Assembly (NCBI RefSeq): GCF_001194135.2
Contig: NC_068983.1
Span: forward strand, 80,979,515 to 81,043,514
DNA length: 64,000 nucleotides
Origin: Octopus bimaculoides
Lineage: Eukaryota
Direction of reading: 5' to 3'
Shown here piece by piece: positions 1-12,921 of this stretch; the stretch's first letter is position 1, and each line of letters starts with the position of its first letter. Position numbers and translations under genes: made by a program. The notes beneath the pieces are model-generated. The model was not told the origin of the DNA and searched no databases. It saw nothing but the letters and a program-made list of their open reading frames with translations.

Positions 1-838
1 TATATATATATATAACCCCTCAAGTGCTTTAATTAATAATTTCTTTCTGGTGATTTTTTTCTTTCTGGTGATTTTTTCTTTCTTTTTTTTTTTTTTGTGG
101 TATAGATGTGGGTGGAGATCTGTCTAATTGTCATTTTGAGTGAAATAACTGAAATATTCAGGGAACCAAAGTTAGGTAAAGTTTATACAATATTCCAAAT
201 TCACTTTCCTGGCAAACAGATTATGATCAAAGTCAAGCAAACTGTGTATATAAGCTTTAGGTTTACATTCTCTGTGTCATAAAACTCTATCAACACAGTT
301 ATAACAAATATATCTGACATTTAAATACATATCAGTCCTGCCATATCAACTAAATGAACAGAAAAACATAAATTTCAAAATAAATAATTTAAATTCAATA
401 AAAACAATGGTTTAAAGAATTTGTGAATATAAGCAGGTTATTTATTTAGTTTGATCATTTTTCATGTAAGGGAGGAAAGCATGAGAGAATTATTCATTTA
501 AAAAGATGTTTATTTTATTCAAACTTACTGTTTTATGTGACTTACAATGTCATATTATTTACACAATTCATACATTGCAGGAACTGTGAAAATTTTGCAT
601 TTTATATATATTTTAACTTTCATTTTGATGCATAAATTTATATATCTTCATAAGATTTTCTCATGATATTAAAGATTGGTATGATACTCTGAAATTTGTT
701 GTTTTACATTCTGAGGGGCTATGATTTTCTATACATTAGGTATTTCAACATTTGGTGCCTTGTTTGTTATTGTTGTTGCCTTGTGACAAAGCAACCATGG
801 TCGAGTTTTTTAACAATAAACATGCCAGCTCCTTTCTA

Positions 839-918
839 GGACTAGACTATCCAGAGTGTCCTTACATTTTTAAGACTATGCCTGAAAAAAAGGCTGGATA
901 GTCATAGCTGGAATGCTT
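839..918 (-). repeat. Fragment of unclassified interspersed repeat (family C), with an internally inverted segment
   Basis: 872-918 matches the copies at 22735-22905 (+) and 33233-33325 (-) in minus orientation; 839-871 matches the adjacent part of the same family in plus orientation. Confidence 0.55.
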
Positions 919-1039
919 AAGCAGAGCTGACTTAGAAATACACAATATCAAAGAAGGCACCTAATATTTAGATATCCAGTAATAACTGACAAGGACATGT
1001 GTAAAAGTGGTGAAATCTGATCTCAGGTTAATGAGCCAT

Positions 1040-1150
1040 GAGTGATGGCTATAAGGTGAGTTACATTGTGTAGAAGAAAATCTGCCCCATCTTTGCATGC
1101 AGAGAAAAAGCAGAGCTAAAGTAATGATGATGAGGATGATGATGATGCAA
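1040..1150 (+). repeat. Degenerate (GAT)n-tailed repeat 3' end (family D)
   Basis: gtagaagaaaatctgcccc...gcatgcagagaaaaagcagagctaaagtaatgatgatg parallels 18700-18790 and 39190-39250. Confidence 0.5.
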
Positions 1151-2541
1151 CGCTGATGCCAATGATGTAGAGTGGTGGTTGAGGGATATGTATTAGAAGT
1201 GTCATCTTTGGCTTATCATCTTGCATGCATTGATGAAAGATAAGGGTGAGAAGAAATTAATTTGTTTTTGAAACAAATTCTTAATCCATATGTTATTTAA
1301 AACATTTAGAGATAAATTTCTATAATTTTGGTAAAAGTTAGATCTAAAAAACACTATTTTTTAAACAATGCAATACTTTTTTAAGCCTTTCTGGCTAAAA
1401 TGTCAAATAAATTGAAAACCCTAACTGTTTCTGAGTACAACTATAATATTTAGTAACTTTGCATCTATTCAACATTTTCTTACAATGTATAACAGATAGC
1501 TTTGATATCATTCTAAATAAAGAATTTGTGTCTTCTTCAGCAGAAACTGTGTGTGAATGCATGTTATTTTTCATTCATATCATTCAGAAGAAATAGCTAG
1601 AGTATGATGGCATTTTCCTTTTAATTTAATGAAAAATAAAAGTGTCACGGTGCTTGAGCACCAGAGAATTTATTAGTTATTAGTCTTTGGAGAGCCTTGC
1701 CTTTAATGATAAATCCATCTCATTGGAATATTTTTACCAAACGTGGATAAAATATAGTTGATATACAACTTTTAACTAATAGGTTGCAACATTTTTGCCA
1801 TTTATATCTGCCAAGAGGAAGGATAATTGGCCCTTTAAAAATCGATATTTTTAAAATGATGTATTTCCTATGGTTATATATTTCAAATATCTTTCTCCAT
1901 ATATTTATTATTACCAAAGTGCAAAATGCCTGTGGTGTTGTTCTGCTTCTCAAATAAACTAAAAACAGTTTCTTTTTTTTTAATTAGGAAATATTACTGC
2001 TTATTGTCAATAGGAGGAAACATGAAAATCAGTAAAATTGCTGTTGCTGGCAAAGTCTAAAATTACTTGAATTTTTTAATTACTTCCATGATCTCTCTGA
2101 AGAATGTGTTTTCATTTACTGATTTCACAACACTAAAATGATAAGTGAGTGATGTTTCACTATGTAGATCTCTGTACTATATTCCTTGAATCTGTATTTC
2201 TTAGATTAATTATTAGTATTAATTCCATGTACCTACAGATGCAGAAGGAATTTTCCATACTTCCCCTGTAAAAAAAATTAAATTAAATTAAGTGAATCTA
2301 ATGATAATGATGCTCTTTTTGTATCATACTTGAAGAGGAATGAAACTTCATTAGTTTTAGTGTAAAGCAAATACTTGAAAGTGAAATGAAAGAAATGTGT
2401 AGGTTACCTGATGCAAAGAAATAATTAAACAAAGGAAATATTAGAATATTTGGTGATAGGCATAGATTTTTTGAATATACATCAGTATATAAATATCTGG
2501 GTATATTGTCAATAAAGTCTAATACCTTTACCTTAAATAAT

Positions 2542-2757
2542 CCTTTCTACTATAGGCACAAGGCCTGAAATTTGTGGGGAGGGGTTAAGTCAATTACATC
2601 GACCCATTACTCAACTGGTATTTAATTTATCAGCTCCAAAAGGATGAAAGACAAAGTCAACCTCGGCAGAATTTGAACTCAAAACGTAGCTGTAGACAAA
2701 ATACCACTAAGCATTTCGTCCAGCATGCTAACCATTCTGCCAGCTCACCACCTTCAA
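2542..2757 (-). mobile_element. tRNA-derived SINE, family A, full length
   Basis: Reverse strand has A-box-like TGGCAGAATGGTTAGC, B-box-like GAGTTCAAAT and tail ...CCTTGTGCCTATAGTAGAAAGGATTATT; 13-bp direct repeat TACCTTAAATAAT at 2529-2541 and 2758-2770. Confidence 0.9.
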
Positions 2758-2788
2758 TACCTTAAATAATGTTTCAAAGCCATTAATG

Positions 2789-3116
2789 CAGGAGTTCTCA
2801 ACCATTTTTTTTTTTAACTATGGACCCCTTTGATTACTATTTTATTCTGGTGGACCTTCATAGGCATTCAATGTTTAAAAACTACTGTTTTGGTTTTTGA
2901 ACATTAACTTGAGTAGGTTGAACTTTGTGAAGTGTCAGAAAAAGAAACCTAGCTGTTTCTTGCAATACATACCAATACATACAACAGAAGCAAAATTTTT
3001 TCAGGGGCCCTTGAAGCACTATTGTGGTTCCCCAGTTTACTATTTTGTTGCATGAACCCTGCAAAAATTGTATTTGGGCCCTCAGGGGCCATATGGACCC
3101 TGGTTGAGAATTACTG
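2789..3116. mobile_element. Non-autonomous hAT-type DNA transposon (MITE)
   Basis: Terminal inverted repeats CAGGAGTTCTCAACC / GGTTGAGAATTACTG; flanking 8-bp duplication CATTAATG (2781-2788) vs CACTAATG (3117-3124). Confidence 0.85.
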
Positions 3117-3700
3117 CACTAATGTTACTGAATTAATATACTAAGAACTGAAGCAACTCATCAGTTGACCTGTAAATCTTTGTTATACTAGTTGCCATTT
3201 TAACATATTCTTTTTATGCTAGCATAAGTTGAACAAGGTTTGTTATACATTTTTTTCCAAGACTCTGAGATTTTCTCTCTCTGTTAAAAACAAGGAGCCT
3301 TCATCCTCTTAATTTCATATATCATTGTCAAAGTCTGCAAGCATTCCCCTGTAGACATTCTGATGTTTTCTGATATCATCATTGGAATCTACAGCTCCGA
3401 TAAATGTGTTCAAAATTGTCTGGAATAAATAGAAATCATAAAAGCTGTTGCATGGAATACCCAGACATCTACCTACTATTCTGCTGAATATACACCCGCA
3501 CATGTATCTTAATTGTTAACTCCTTGCCAAAGAACTTGTATTTACACTCTATACCCATGTGTTTGGCTGGAGCCTATTTCTATCTTGTGTGCAGTACACA
3601 TTCACTTTCTTCTGATATCAGACATCTCTATGAATTCATCACATCTTTCACTCTGCTGGCATTAAATGCCAAGTTTAAAATCAAAGACTAAAATCAAAAG

Positions 3701-4020
<320 letters not shown>

Positions 4021-4052
4021 AAATAATAATAATAATAGTAATAATGATAATA

Positions 4053-4388
4053 GTGGCACCTTGGGCAAGTGTCTTCTACTGTAGCCTCGGGCCGAACAAA
4101 GCCTTGTGAGTGGATTTGGTAGATGGAAACTGAAAGAAGCCCGTCGCATATATGTATATATATATGTGTATGTGCATGTATATGTTTGTGTATCTGTGTT
4201 TGTCCCCCCAACATCACTTGACAACCGATGGTGGTTTGTTTGTGTCCCCACAACTTAGCGGTCCGGTAAAAGAGACTGATAGAATAAGTACTAGGCTTAC
4301 AAAGAATAAACCCTGGGGTCGATTTGCTTGACTAAAGGCAGTGCTCCAGCATGGCCACAGTCAAATGACTGAAACAAGTAAAAGAGTA
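4053..4388 (+). mobile_element. tRNA-derived SINE, family B (CORE-like), 5' truncated
   Basis: GGCACCTTGGGCAAGTGTCTTCT resembles the CORE/MIR motif; internal (TA/TG)n tract; ends GACTGAAACAAGTAAAAGAG; homologous to 40800-41173. Confidence 0.9.
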
Positions 4389-5805
4389 TAATAATACTAA
4401 TAATAAAAAGAAAGTTTAACTGATTGAGGTGGTAGGATTGCTTGATAGTGATCAAGGTCTGTTCATCTCTGACTCTACTACTATTAACAGCAGTATTCAT
4501 TATAAGAGATGCTAGCCTTCTTATCACATTTACCTCTTACATCATAATGGTTGTACAGTAAAATTTGCATAAGCTGGATATTTACAACTGATGTCTTTCT
4601 TATTGTCAATTGCAGGGTTTCTATCTTATGTAACAGACATTACAGAGTCTGTTTTGCAGAACTGAAGATCTCCATTATATATCAGTTTTAATTAGAAATA
4701 ACAAACCTCCTTGAGGATTTGCCTTCAATATAATATATGGTACCATTTTTTGGTGCATTTGGGTTACAACTTAGAATGACCATGAGTTCCCTTAATTTGT
4801 CCAGTTCCCTAGACAAATTGCTTTAAAGAAGCTAATAAAGATAGAGTCAAAATTAAGTGACCAGCTAGGTGGACAGGTCATATAATAAAGTAAAATCAAG
4901 ATTGTATTTCAGGCTTGTTATTTGTCAGTTTAAATAAATTCTGACATGCTTTTAAAGAAGATAAAAACATGTTATTAAGACTATGACAAAATTAAAATTA
5001 AAACTAGAATTAACAATAATTTTCCTGGTAATAAATTGTTTTGCTTCAATAAAAAATTTGCCTTTTGTGAGACAGTAAAGAATTTATATAATGCTTAAAT
5101 AAAATGGAAGAAAAATATATAAGTAGTATAGAAATATATATTCCAAGTTTCAAACCCAGCTGCTAATCATTTGCATGAGATATATTTGATCTAGTATTAA
5201 TTATACATCTATTGTTGTTTGCATTAAGGTTTCATGGATCAGCTGGCATAATCTTTACTTTTATTGTAAGTAATTTAGACAAAAACAAATTACTTTTTTT
5301 TTTTACTTCAATATTTGGAAATACAAGAAATCATTATATCTTTTATTTTTTTATCTTTTTGATACTGAAGTACAGATTGTGGGATATAGATTTTAAAGTT
5401 TTATACACCTAATATTGACTAAAATATTAATGAATTGTTAGACTTATTGAAAACTTGAGAAACTTGATGAAAGCAATATGTGCCACTTTATTGAATTCTG
5501 ATAACCTAAAGGTGACTTGTTAAATGATAATATTTTTTACATATATTTACTTATTTATTTGTAATTCCAAATGCCAGAAAATTCAATTCACACCCAATTT
5601 TTGATATACCATGAATGAAAATATTTATTCTTTAATTTGATGTAGAAAGTAACAAATGCTCGATTTATAAGATCTTTGGTCAAAAAAAAAAGAGAAAAAA
5701 ATCAAAAATGCAAAATACTTCAGTCAAATCTTTTTTAGTAACCAAATAAGTTGTCTGTTGAGTGCATGCATCAATATTTATACAACATAAGAAATTTTGA
5801 GAACA

Positions 5806-6015
5806 GGAGCTACTTGGCAGAATTGTTAGCATTCCTGACAAAATGTTTAATAGCATTTCGTCTGTCTGAGTTCAAATGTTGCTGAGGTCAACTTCACCTT
5901 TCAACTTTTTTAGGGTCGATAAAATAAGTACCAGTTAAGCACTGGAGTCGATATAATTGACTTTTCCCCTTTTCTCAAATTTCAGGTCTCGTGCTTATAG
6001 TAGAAAAGATTATTA
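5806..6015 (+). mobile_element. tRNA-derived SINE, family A
   Basis: TGGCAGAATTGTTAGC, GAGTTCAAAT, tail TAGTAGAAAAGATTATT. Confidence 0.88.
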
Positions 6016-6554
6016 CTGTTATTTTGCATCAGTATAAAACCTTTCCTATTTTTATGTTGACTCTTTGGAAATATTTCCTGGAACATTGGATATTATGAAA
6101 CTTCTTGTCAGTGATGTTTTGACTTGAGTATTTAAAGGAAAAAAAGATGAAGGAAAGAACTTTGTTTCTTACAAGAGAAGGATTAAGGAAAGATAAGCTA
6201 GTGGCTATCTTAGTCTGCAAAGATATATTAATGACAGAGATTTCTGAGCTAAAGAATGATGAGTAGTATTATTTGGTAAAATTGGAACAGATCATTGCTT
6301 AATCACAAGAAGTCCTTTGTCATCATTATCATTTAAGGTCCATTTTCCATGCTGGTTTGATCCTTATGGATACTATTAACTATGTAAACCCCAGTGAAGG
6401 TTTATCACCATGTAAATCCATCTTATTAGTAATCATACTCAATAGGTTAATGACATTGTTTAAGACTGTATTAAGGAAATCAGAAGCAAATTAAAGCTTG
6501 TATGATAGTTTTATAATTATTGCAATGTCAGGACAAGGAAACAAAAATACACAC

Positions 6555-6726
6555 CCATACATACATACATACATGCATACATGCATACATACATACATAC
6601 ATGAGGTTCCACATTTCACTCATGAGATATTGTTCAATCCAATGACATGGTAAAAGATGCTGCCAAGGACTGAACTCAGAACTACATGGTTTTGAAGCAA
6701 ATTTCTGAATCACATGGCCATGCCTT
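6555..6726 (-). mobile_element. SINE family B head fragment with (CATA)n tract
   Basis: Reverse strand GGCATGGCCATGTGATTCAGAAATTTGCTTCAAAACCATGTAGTTCTGAGTTCAGTCC matches the head of 40800-41173. Confidence 0.65.
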
Positions 6727-7189
6727 TGTTGGATAGATTTAAGTTAATTTAACTATCTGGTTCAATAATGGTCATCTATATCGACATGAAGCAATAAATT
6801 TGTAGAGATTAGATATAAAGTTCATTGAAATGTTCTTTGTACATCACTGGTATTTAATTTATTGATTCTAGAAAAAGATGGAAGTGAATACTGGAAGGAT
6901 TTGAAATTAAAATCTAAAAGACAGTAACTAAATATACAACTTATATGCATTTATTCCAATTGTCTAATCATAATAATATACATGTTTGATCTTATTCTAT
7001 ATCAAAATATCTTCAGCAAGTTCTACTTGTCTCTCTTTTTGAGTGTCTACCTTAACTTGATGGCAACATAAGTTAATGTATCCTATTCGCACAAACAGCC
7101 ACCTCTCTGACCTTGCCAACTACTGATCTGTTGTTCTTGTTTTGTTTATGGTAGCATTATTATGGTATTAAATTAAAAGAGTCTTTATC

Positions 7190-7320
7190 GTGATGGACAG
7201 AATGCTCTGTGACATTTGTTCAAGTTCTCTGTACACTGAGTTCAAATCCTGTCGTGGTTCACTTTGTTTTTCATCTCTTTAAGATTGATAAATAAATAAA
7301 GTAGCAATTACTGGTGTCAG
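7190..7320 (+). mobile_element. Degenerate SINE family A fragment
   Basis: GAGTTCAAATCCTG...CTTTGTTTTTCATCTCTTTAAGATTGATAAAT colinear with the family A middle. Confidence 0.6.
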
Positions 7321-10097
7321 TTAAATGAAGGGATAAATAAAGGAGTGTTTAGGCTGGACCTAACCCTTTCACTGCTATTCTATGGACATGACATCACAAG
7401 CAAGCATTACATTCACTTCCAAAACTCAATGGTGATGGTGACATAAACATTAACAATCTCCTTTTCCTTCATCTTCATATCAACAACAATTAGTAAAAAC
7501 TAAACCCAGTGGTGGCATTTTCATCATTACACACGAGTTGTCTTTTCTTAAGGAATTTACTGCAAAGCATTCATCCATATCTAACAATGTTGACCATCAA
7601 TGGATTTTACCTATCTTCAACTTTCAGATTAAAACTTTCCTGCCAGACTGTTCCTCACCAGAATTGAAACTGTGTTTTTGGTTACATTTTTACAACCAAT
7701 ACTGACACACTGGTATGTAGATCGTCAATCTTAAACATCAACTGCATGTATTTTCATAATGTGAAAGGGCTAACTATGAACTAAACTATAATCTAAAACA
7801 AATATTAACGTTCAGCCATTCAGCCTCGCCAATAAGTTTACAACACATAAAAATATACATTTCCATTAATAACATAAAGAAAGCACAATCAAAATTCATC
7901 TTAACTGTGAAAGTGTTGGTCTTTCTTCATAACTTTTTACTATTGGATCAATCTTATACATTTAGAATTATGGATTACAAGACCAATTGGATGCTATGAT
8001 ATCATAATTACTAAGAATGGTTCATTTATCTAAATTACAGTTATTTATAAAAATTCTTTAATAGTTATAATCAGATCTTTGGAAGTTTTTGTTATGGTGA
8101 TGATCCCCAAACTATTTATAGATTCTAACAAAAGAGCAAATTGCTTTTAGAAACATTGAAATCATTGAATTCAAAGTCTGTTCAAAAAGAAACTAATCCA
8201 TTAAAACAGTTCACCAGCCCCCAAACACAGCATGAGTGCACCTATGATATTGTGTAGGGATAAACTTAACTTTCATTCCAATAAAGGTGATGTCACAGTT
8301 GTTTAGGGAGTGTTGTATATGTTATATAGAAATAAAATAAGTAAAACCTGAAAAGTATTTCGTTTTTTCCTTAATGTTTCTTTAATTTCATTATTGTTTT
8401 ACCTTCTTTTACTTATTTGTTTCTTGGATATATACCTATGTTACAATAAAGTAACATATTACTTATTCCAGACATAAAATATTTACTAGTGTATCTAAGA
8501 TGATGTAAACAATAATAGTCTCCTCTTACAGCACTTTGAATTGCTTTCCTCTTCAATAAACTCCAATTCCATGAGCCAGACGCCCTGAAGATCCATGTCA
8601 TACCAGTATTATCATAGTGATAAATGTTATATCAGAAAATATATTTATTTGTTAATTCTGTAAACTGTACATCACATACCAAATGGTATCTTCCATTTTG
8701 TAACTTGTCCTCAAAAATCCAGCAATTTGAATATAAATCTTTAAGGAAAATATTTTCTCAGTGAAATATAAAGTATTAATAAATGACTAATATATATTAT
8801 GCATTGATTAAAATAGATTCCAGGCATATGCTTCACAAGTTTGTAACATTTTAATAAGTATATTAAATCTAAATGTAGAAAATATAAAAACATGTTTTAA
8901 GAAATATGACATTTACGGTATGAGGAAATCTTTTCATCTATTATAAAAATAAAAACATCATTAAAAGCAAATTTTATCCTAGCTTACATTTTTTGCAGAT
9001 TTTTTTTTCTCTTTTAATATTCTTTGTATAACTTCAAACAGACTGCATAAAGGGATACCCTATTACTGTAGGATAACAAAGATATAAATTTAAGCCTTTT
9101 CACCCTCAGTTCAAATGACTCTGGGTCTTTGGAAAAAGAAGTATTGAAGCAGAAAATAGATTCAAGAAAGAAAAGATTGAAGGGATAACGAAAAAAAAAA
9201 AGAAGATATTTGAAAACATGGAGAAATGTCAGGTTGGCTGATTGATTAGCAATTTATCGCCAGTTTCAGAGGGAGCTGATTTCTTCTCTATTGGCAGTTA
9301 AGCTTTGATTTTCCTGACTTAGCTGCTGCCAATTTGTGTTTTAGAATTGAAGTGCTATAAAATCACTCAGTTGATTCAGTGACTTAAGCCTTACATCATT
9401 GACTTTATGTTGGCTTGTTAAGAAACAGCATGACAGAAGAGGAATCTGCTAGAAGCATATATATATACTGATTCATTAATACAATATACACAGTATCTGA
9501 ATGAGTGAAAATAATATATTGAAGAAATTCTTTAAATATTTCAAATGATACCATTATGGCTTAAAATCTAAATTGATAGCTGGTGTGTATGTATGTGTGT
9601 GGAGGAAGCTATTTAGGTTTAGAATGAAAGGATCTTAAATGATGTATGTCTACATATTTTATTTCTGTTTTATTCCAGACAACAAGTACGTTAGATAAAA
9701 TATGTTTTCCATTTAGAATTGAGATATAGAATTAACTTTTTTCTTTTCTTAATCAGAAAGGTAAGAACCAGTGTTGTGAAATTGCTAGATATACTAGAAA
9801 TTCTCTGATAAATTAATTATATTAATGTTATTTGATAATGGTACATATTTTAAAATCTAGAAATTCTGAACCCAAAAGGGAAGTTATATAAATTCAATGT
9901 ACAATATTGAAATTTTTACTTTAAAATTTAATAACTATGTCATTACTACATTCAGAAATAACTTCAATAAACTGTTATATTAGTTTGTTAAAAATTACAA
10001 TACCGAAGCATCATATGAAGGAGTTTACTGACAGCAACACGAGTTGTTAAAAACAATCTCTTAAAGTTAGTTTAGCCAAGTGACATTTCATAATAAG

Positions 10098-10276
10098 CCT
10101 CTCAATCTGTTTTTTACATTAATCTATTTATAAAATATCTATTGTTTGTTAGTTGTGCTTTCATCATCACCATTATCGTTTAAAATCCGCTTTAAACGAT
10201 GTTGATGATGAAAGCACAACTAACAAACAGAATAGATATTTTATAAATAGTTTAATGTAAAAAACAGATCAAGAGG
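10098..10276. repeat. Long inverted repeat (foldback), arms of about 87 and 86 bp, 6-nt loop
   Basis: 10098-10184 is the near-perfect reverse complement of 10191-10276; loop ATCCGC. Confidence 0.97.
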
Positions 10277-11055
10277 TTTAACTATTATAAATGAATCCAG
10301 TTGCTCTAGGTTTTGAGAGTGTTATACTGTAAGGCATCACAAGAAACCATTTTCCTACGTTTATTATTAAAGCCTGTTAGGAAGATGGTACAGTCATGCT
10401 AACTAACATACTTAATGAAGTGAGCTACAAGAAAAAATTAATTAATTGAAATTATATCCACATTGATGAAGCAAATATCCCATTAGCTTAACGATTAACT
10501 CTGGTCAAGAAAGATAGCAAAGAAACTTCAGTTATAATTAAAGTTAATTAAAAATAGAATGCTATGGGAAGTGAGTCTGATCTTAGCTGTTGAGTGGGAA
10601 CTTTAGACATGTTTTTCTTTTATTAAACCTTTTCATTGAAGCATAAAGCATACGACATTCTGCTGAATCGTTTGATTAAGTTTTTGTTAGTGTTTTTAAA
10701 GGTTTCCATACATTCCAATTAAAAATTTGTTTCAATTATTATATTTAGCCTCACTTTGTCTCCATTAATATTACTATCATCTTCATTCTCAATGTTCTGT
10801 AGTAATGTCTATTTTCCCATGCTATCATGGGTTGGATGTCTTCAAATCAGAATCTCTCTTTACCTTTCAATCCTTTTATCTAACATTTGAAACACAGCAT
10901 TTTCAAGCCTTACCTGATTTGCTTTACCTGAATCTTCATTGATCTTCTAACTGAAATATTCCCTATTATTGACTCAGAGTTCTTTGTCACCCGCTCTTTC
11001 AATATATCATCCAGTCAATATCACATGGTAAACATTTTTATTAATGAATGCTGTT

Positions 11056-11262
11056 AAGGTACCAGGCTGGCAGAATCATTAGCACATCAGATGAAATACT
11101 TGCAGCATTTCTTTTGGCTTTTTACAATTTTAGTTCAAATACTGTTGAGGCCAACTTTACCTTCAGAGCCAATAAAATAAAATACCAGTCATGAACTGAT
11201 GACAATGTAATTGACTACCCTCTCCCCAATTGAGGATCTTGTGCCAAAATTTCAAACAATTA
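11056..11262 (+). mobile_element. tRNA-derived SINE, family A (diverged)
   Basis: CTGGCAGAATCATTAGC, TAGTTCAAAT, tail CTTGTGCCAAAATTTCAAAC. Confidence 0.8.
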
Positions 11263-12282
11263 ATAAGTGTTGTTAATACTTAGTAATTTCTTCAATTCAC
11301 TTCCACTTTTCTTGTATTCAGATGTACTTCCATGCAATGATGATTTGATGATAGATCCAGTTATCAACTCATGTCCTTCTAGCTGACCACATGCTTATTA
11401 GCCTAACAGAGATCTTCAAGTTGATCTTAAAGGCAAAACAGGATTGCTTGTAATCATCCAAGTTCTTTCCTTGCAACTGTTCCATAAAAACTACTGTTGT
11501 ACCATTGTTTTCAAAAGTTGTTGAGTAGTTCTAGTAGTTCTCTTTAACCTTAACAGGCTGTATTCTTGGTATTCCTGGGGAATTTCATGTATTTCACTCT
11601 GATGAATTAATGATATAGCAGGAATGGGTAGACCCCTATTAGAACTAGGTCAAACTAAAAATAAATCAGCAATTTAGAATAAAGATTTGTTATGAGTGTA
11701 GTATAAATTTGTTTACTTAGAATTATTTTAAAGTTTGTTTTTTTTACCATTAAGTGAAATTTATTACAACCGAGCTGCAAAGAAAAGGCAAAGACCTAGG
11801 ATGTTCACCACTATAGAAGTGCTGCAAGAATTAGAATATTCTGATGAGGATAAGTGAGAATTCAATCAAAAGTATACCAAAGACAACATAAGATCAGTTG
11901 ATGACTGTGGAAGTTTTTAAATTGAAGACAAAAACAAGAGGTGATACTCACATTTTGCAAACTGAGAGTGTAAAAAATGTACCACAAAAATAGTGGAAGT
12001 GGGAACTGGCACACCAAATGCCATACTGGAATTAGACCAAAGACTTATCAGTTTTAATTAAGAACCTAAATTTCTCTATGCTTTTGTCATTTGTTTTTAC
12101 TAAATCTGTGTCTGTTAATAAAATGTGCATTTTAAAAAGTACTAGCTGTGGAGTTCAAGTCCAGACATAGATTGGCTCGATTGGCAGGGTCAAGTTAGCC
12201 TAAGATTCAGAGGTAGCCAACTGAACAATTATTTCACTTGTGTCCTCTTTTTTAGCAATTTCATATCATTATGTAACTTGTA

Positions 12283-12427
12283 CACTGGCATAGCTAGAGT
12301 GTGTGCCGCCTGGTGCAGCCCTTCAGTTTGCTGCCCCTGGGCCCCCACAAAAAATACACATTACCTAAAGCAGACCCAAAAGCCACCCATATAAAAGTTC
12401 TGCCAGGGGCAGACCGCTATGCTAGTG
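12283..12427. mobile_element. 145-bp MITE, probably hAT-derived
   Basis: 12-bp TIRs CACTGGCATAGC / GCTATGCTAGTG (1 mismatch); GC-rich interior; flanks AACTTGTA vs AACATTTA (6/8). Confidence 0.75.
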
Positions 12428-12921
12428 AACATTTAGCTCTAAAATGCTCAAGTGAGACATGCAGCACCTAATTTAAAGATGGTATGGACTTGACTGTTGG
12501 ATTGGCAAATTGAGTGATAGTATGGAAGCTTTATTGATGACTTATCATTTCAGTGGTCTAGCAACTTGCTATGAAACTTCATTAACAAAACCCAACCCTA
12601 CCATAGAATAGCTTCTCAGTATAATATTCTATATTTTTCTCTTTCTGCAAAATAGTTGTGGATAGTTTTATTAATTAATTATCAGAGCTTCTGTACATCT
12701 GACTTGCATGACACCACTTGATCTGAAGTTCATAAATAAATTTGATTGGTTGCATAATTACAAAGACTTACTTGTTGATAAACAAGAGATTGGTTTAAAA
12801 GTGACTTTTCTCATTTATACACCATTATAAAACTGGAATGCCAGATGTGACATCACATAACATCATTGGCACAATTTTCCATGTTGAATAAGTGAGGACT
12901 TCTAGAATACTACCATTTATT

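Noticed and set aside
40-77. 19-bp tandem duplication TTTCTTTCTGGTGATTTTT
   Set aside because: Ordinary slippage duplication in low-complexity sequence.
8530-8590. Minus-strand candidate exon CAG|GGCGTCTGG...GTGCT|GTAAGA
   Set aside because: No recognisable peptide and no partner exons.
11540-12200. Possible piggyBac remnant (KKRQRPRMFTTIEVLQELEYSDEDK*, TTAACC at about 11544, AGGGTCAA at about 12186)
   Set aside because: Only a short N-terminus-like peptide; the termini do not match each other well enough and no catalytic motifs were found.
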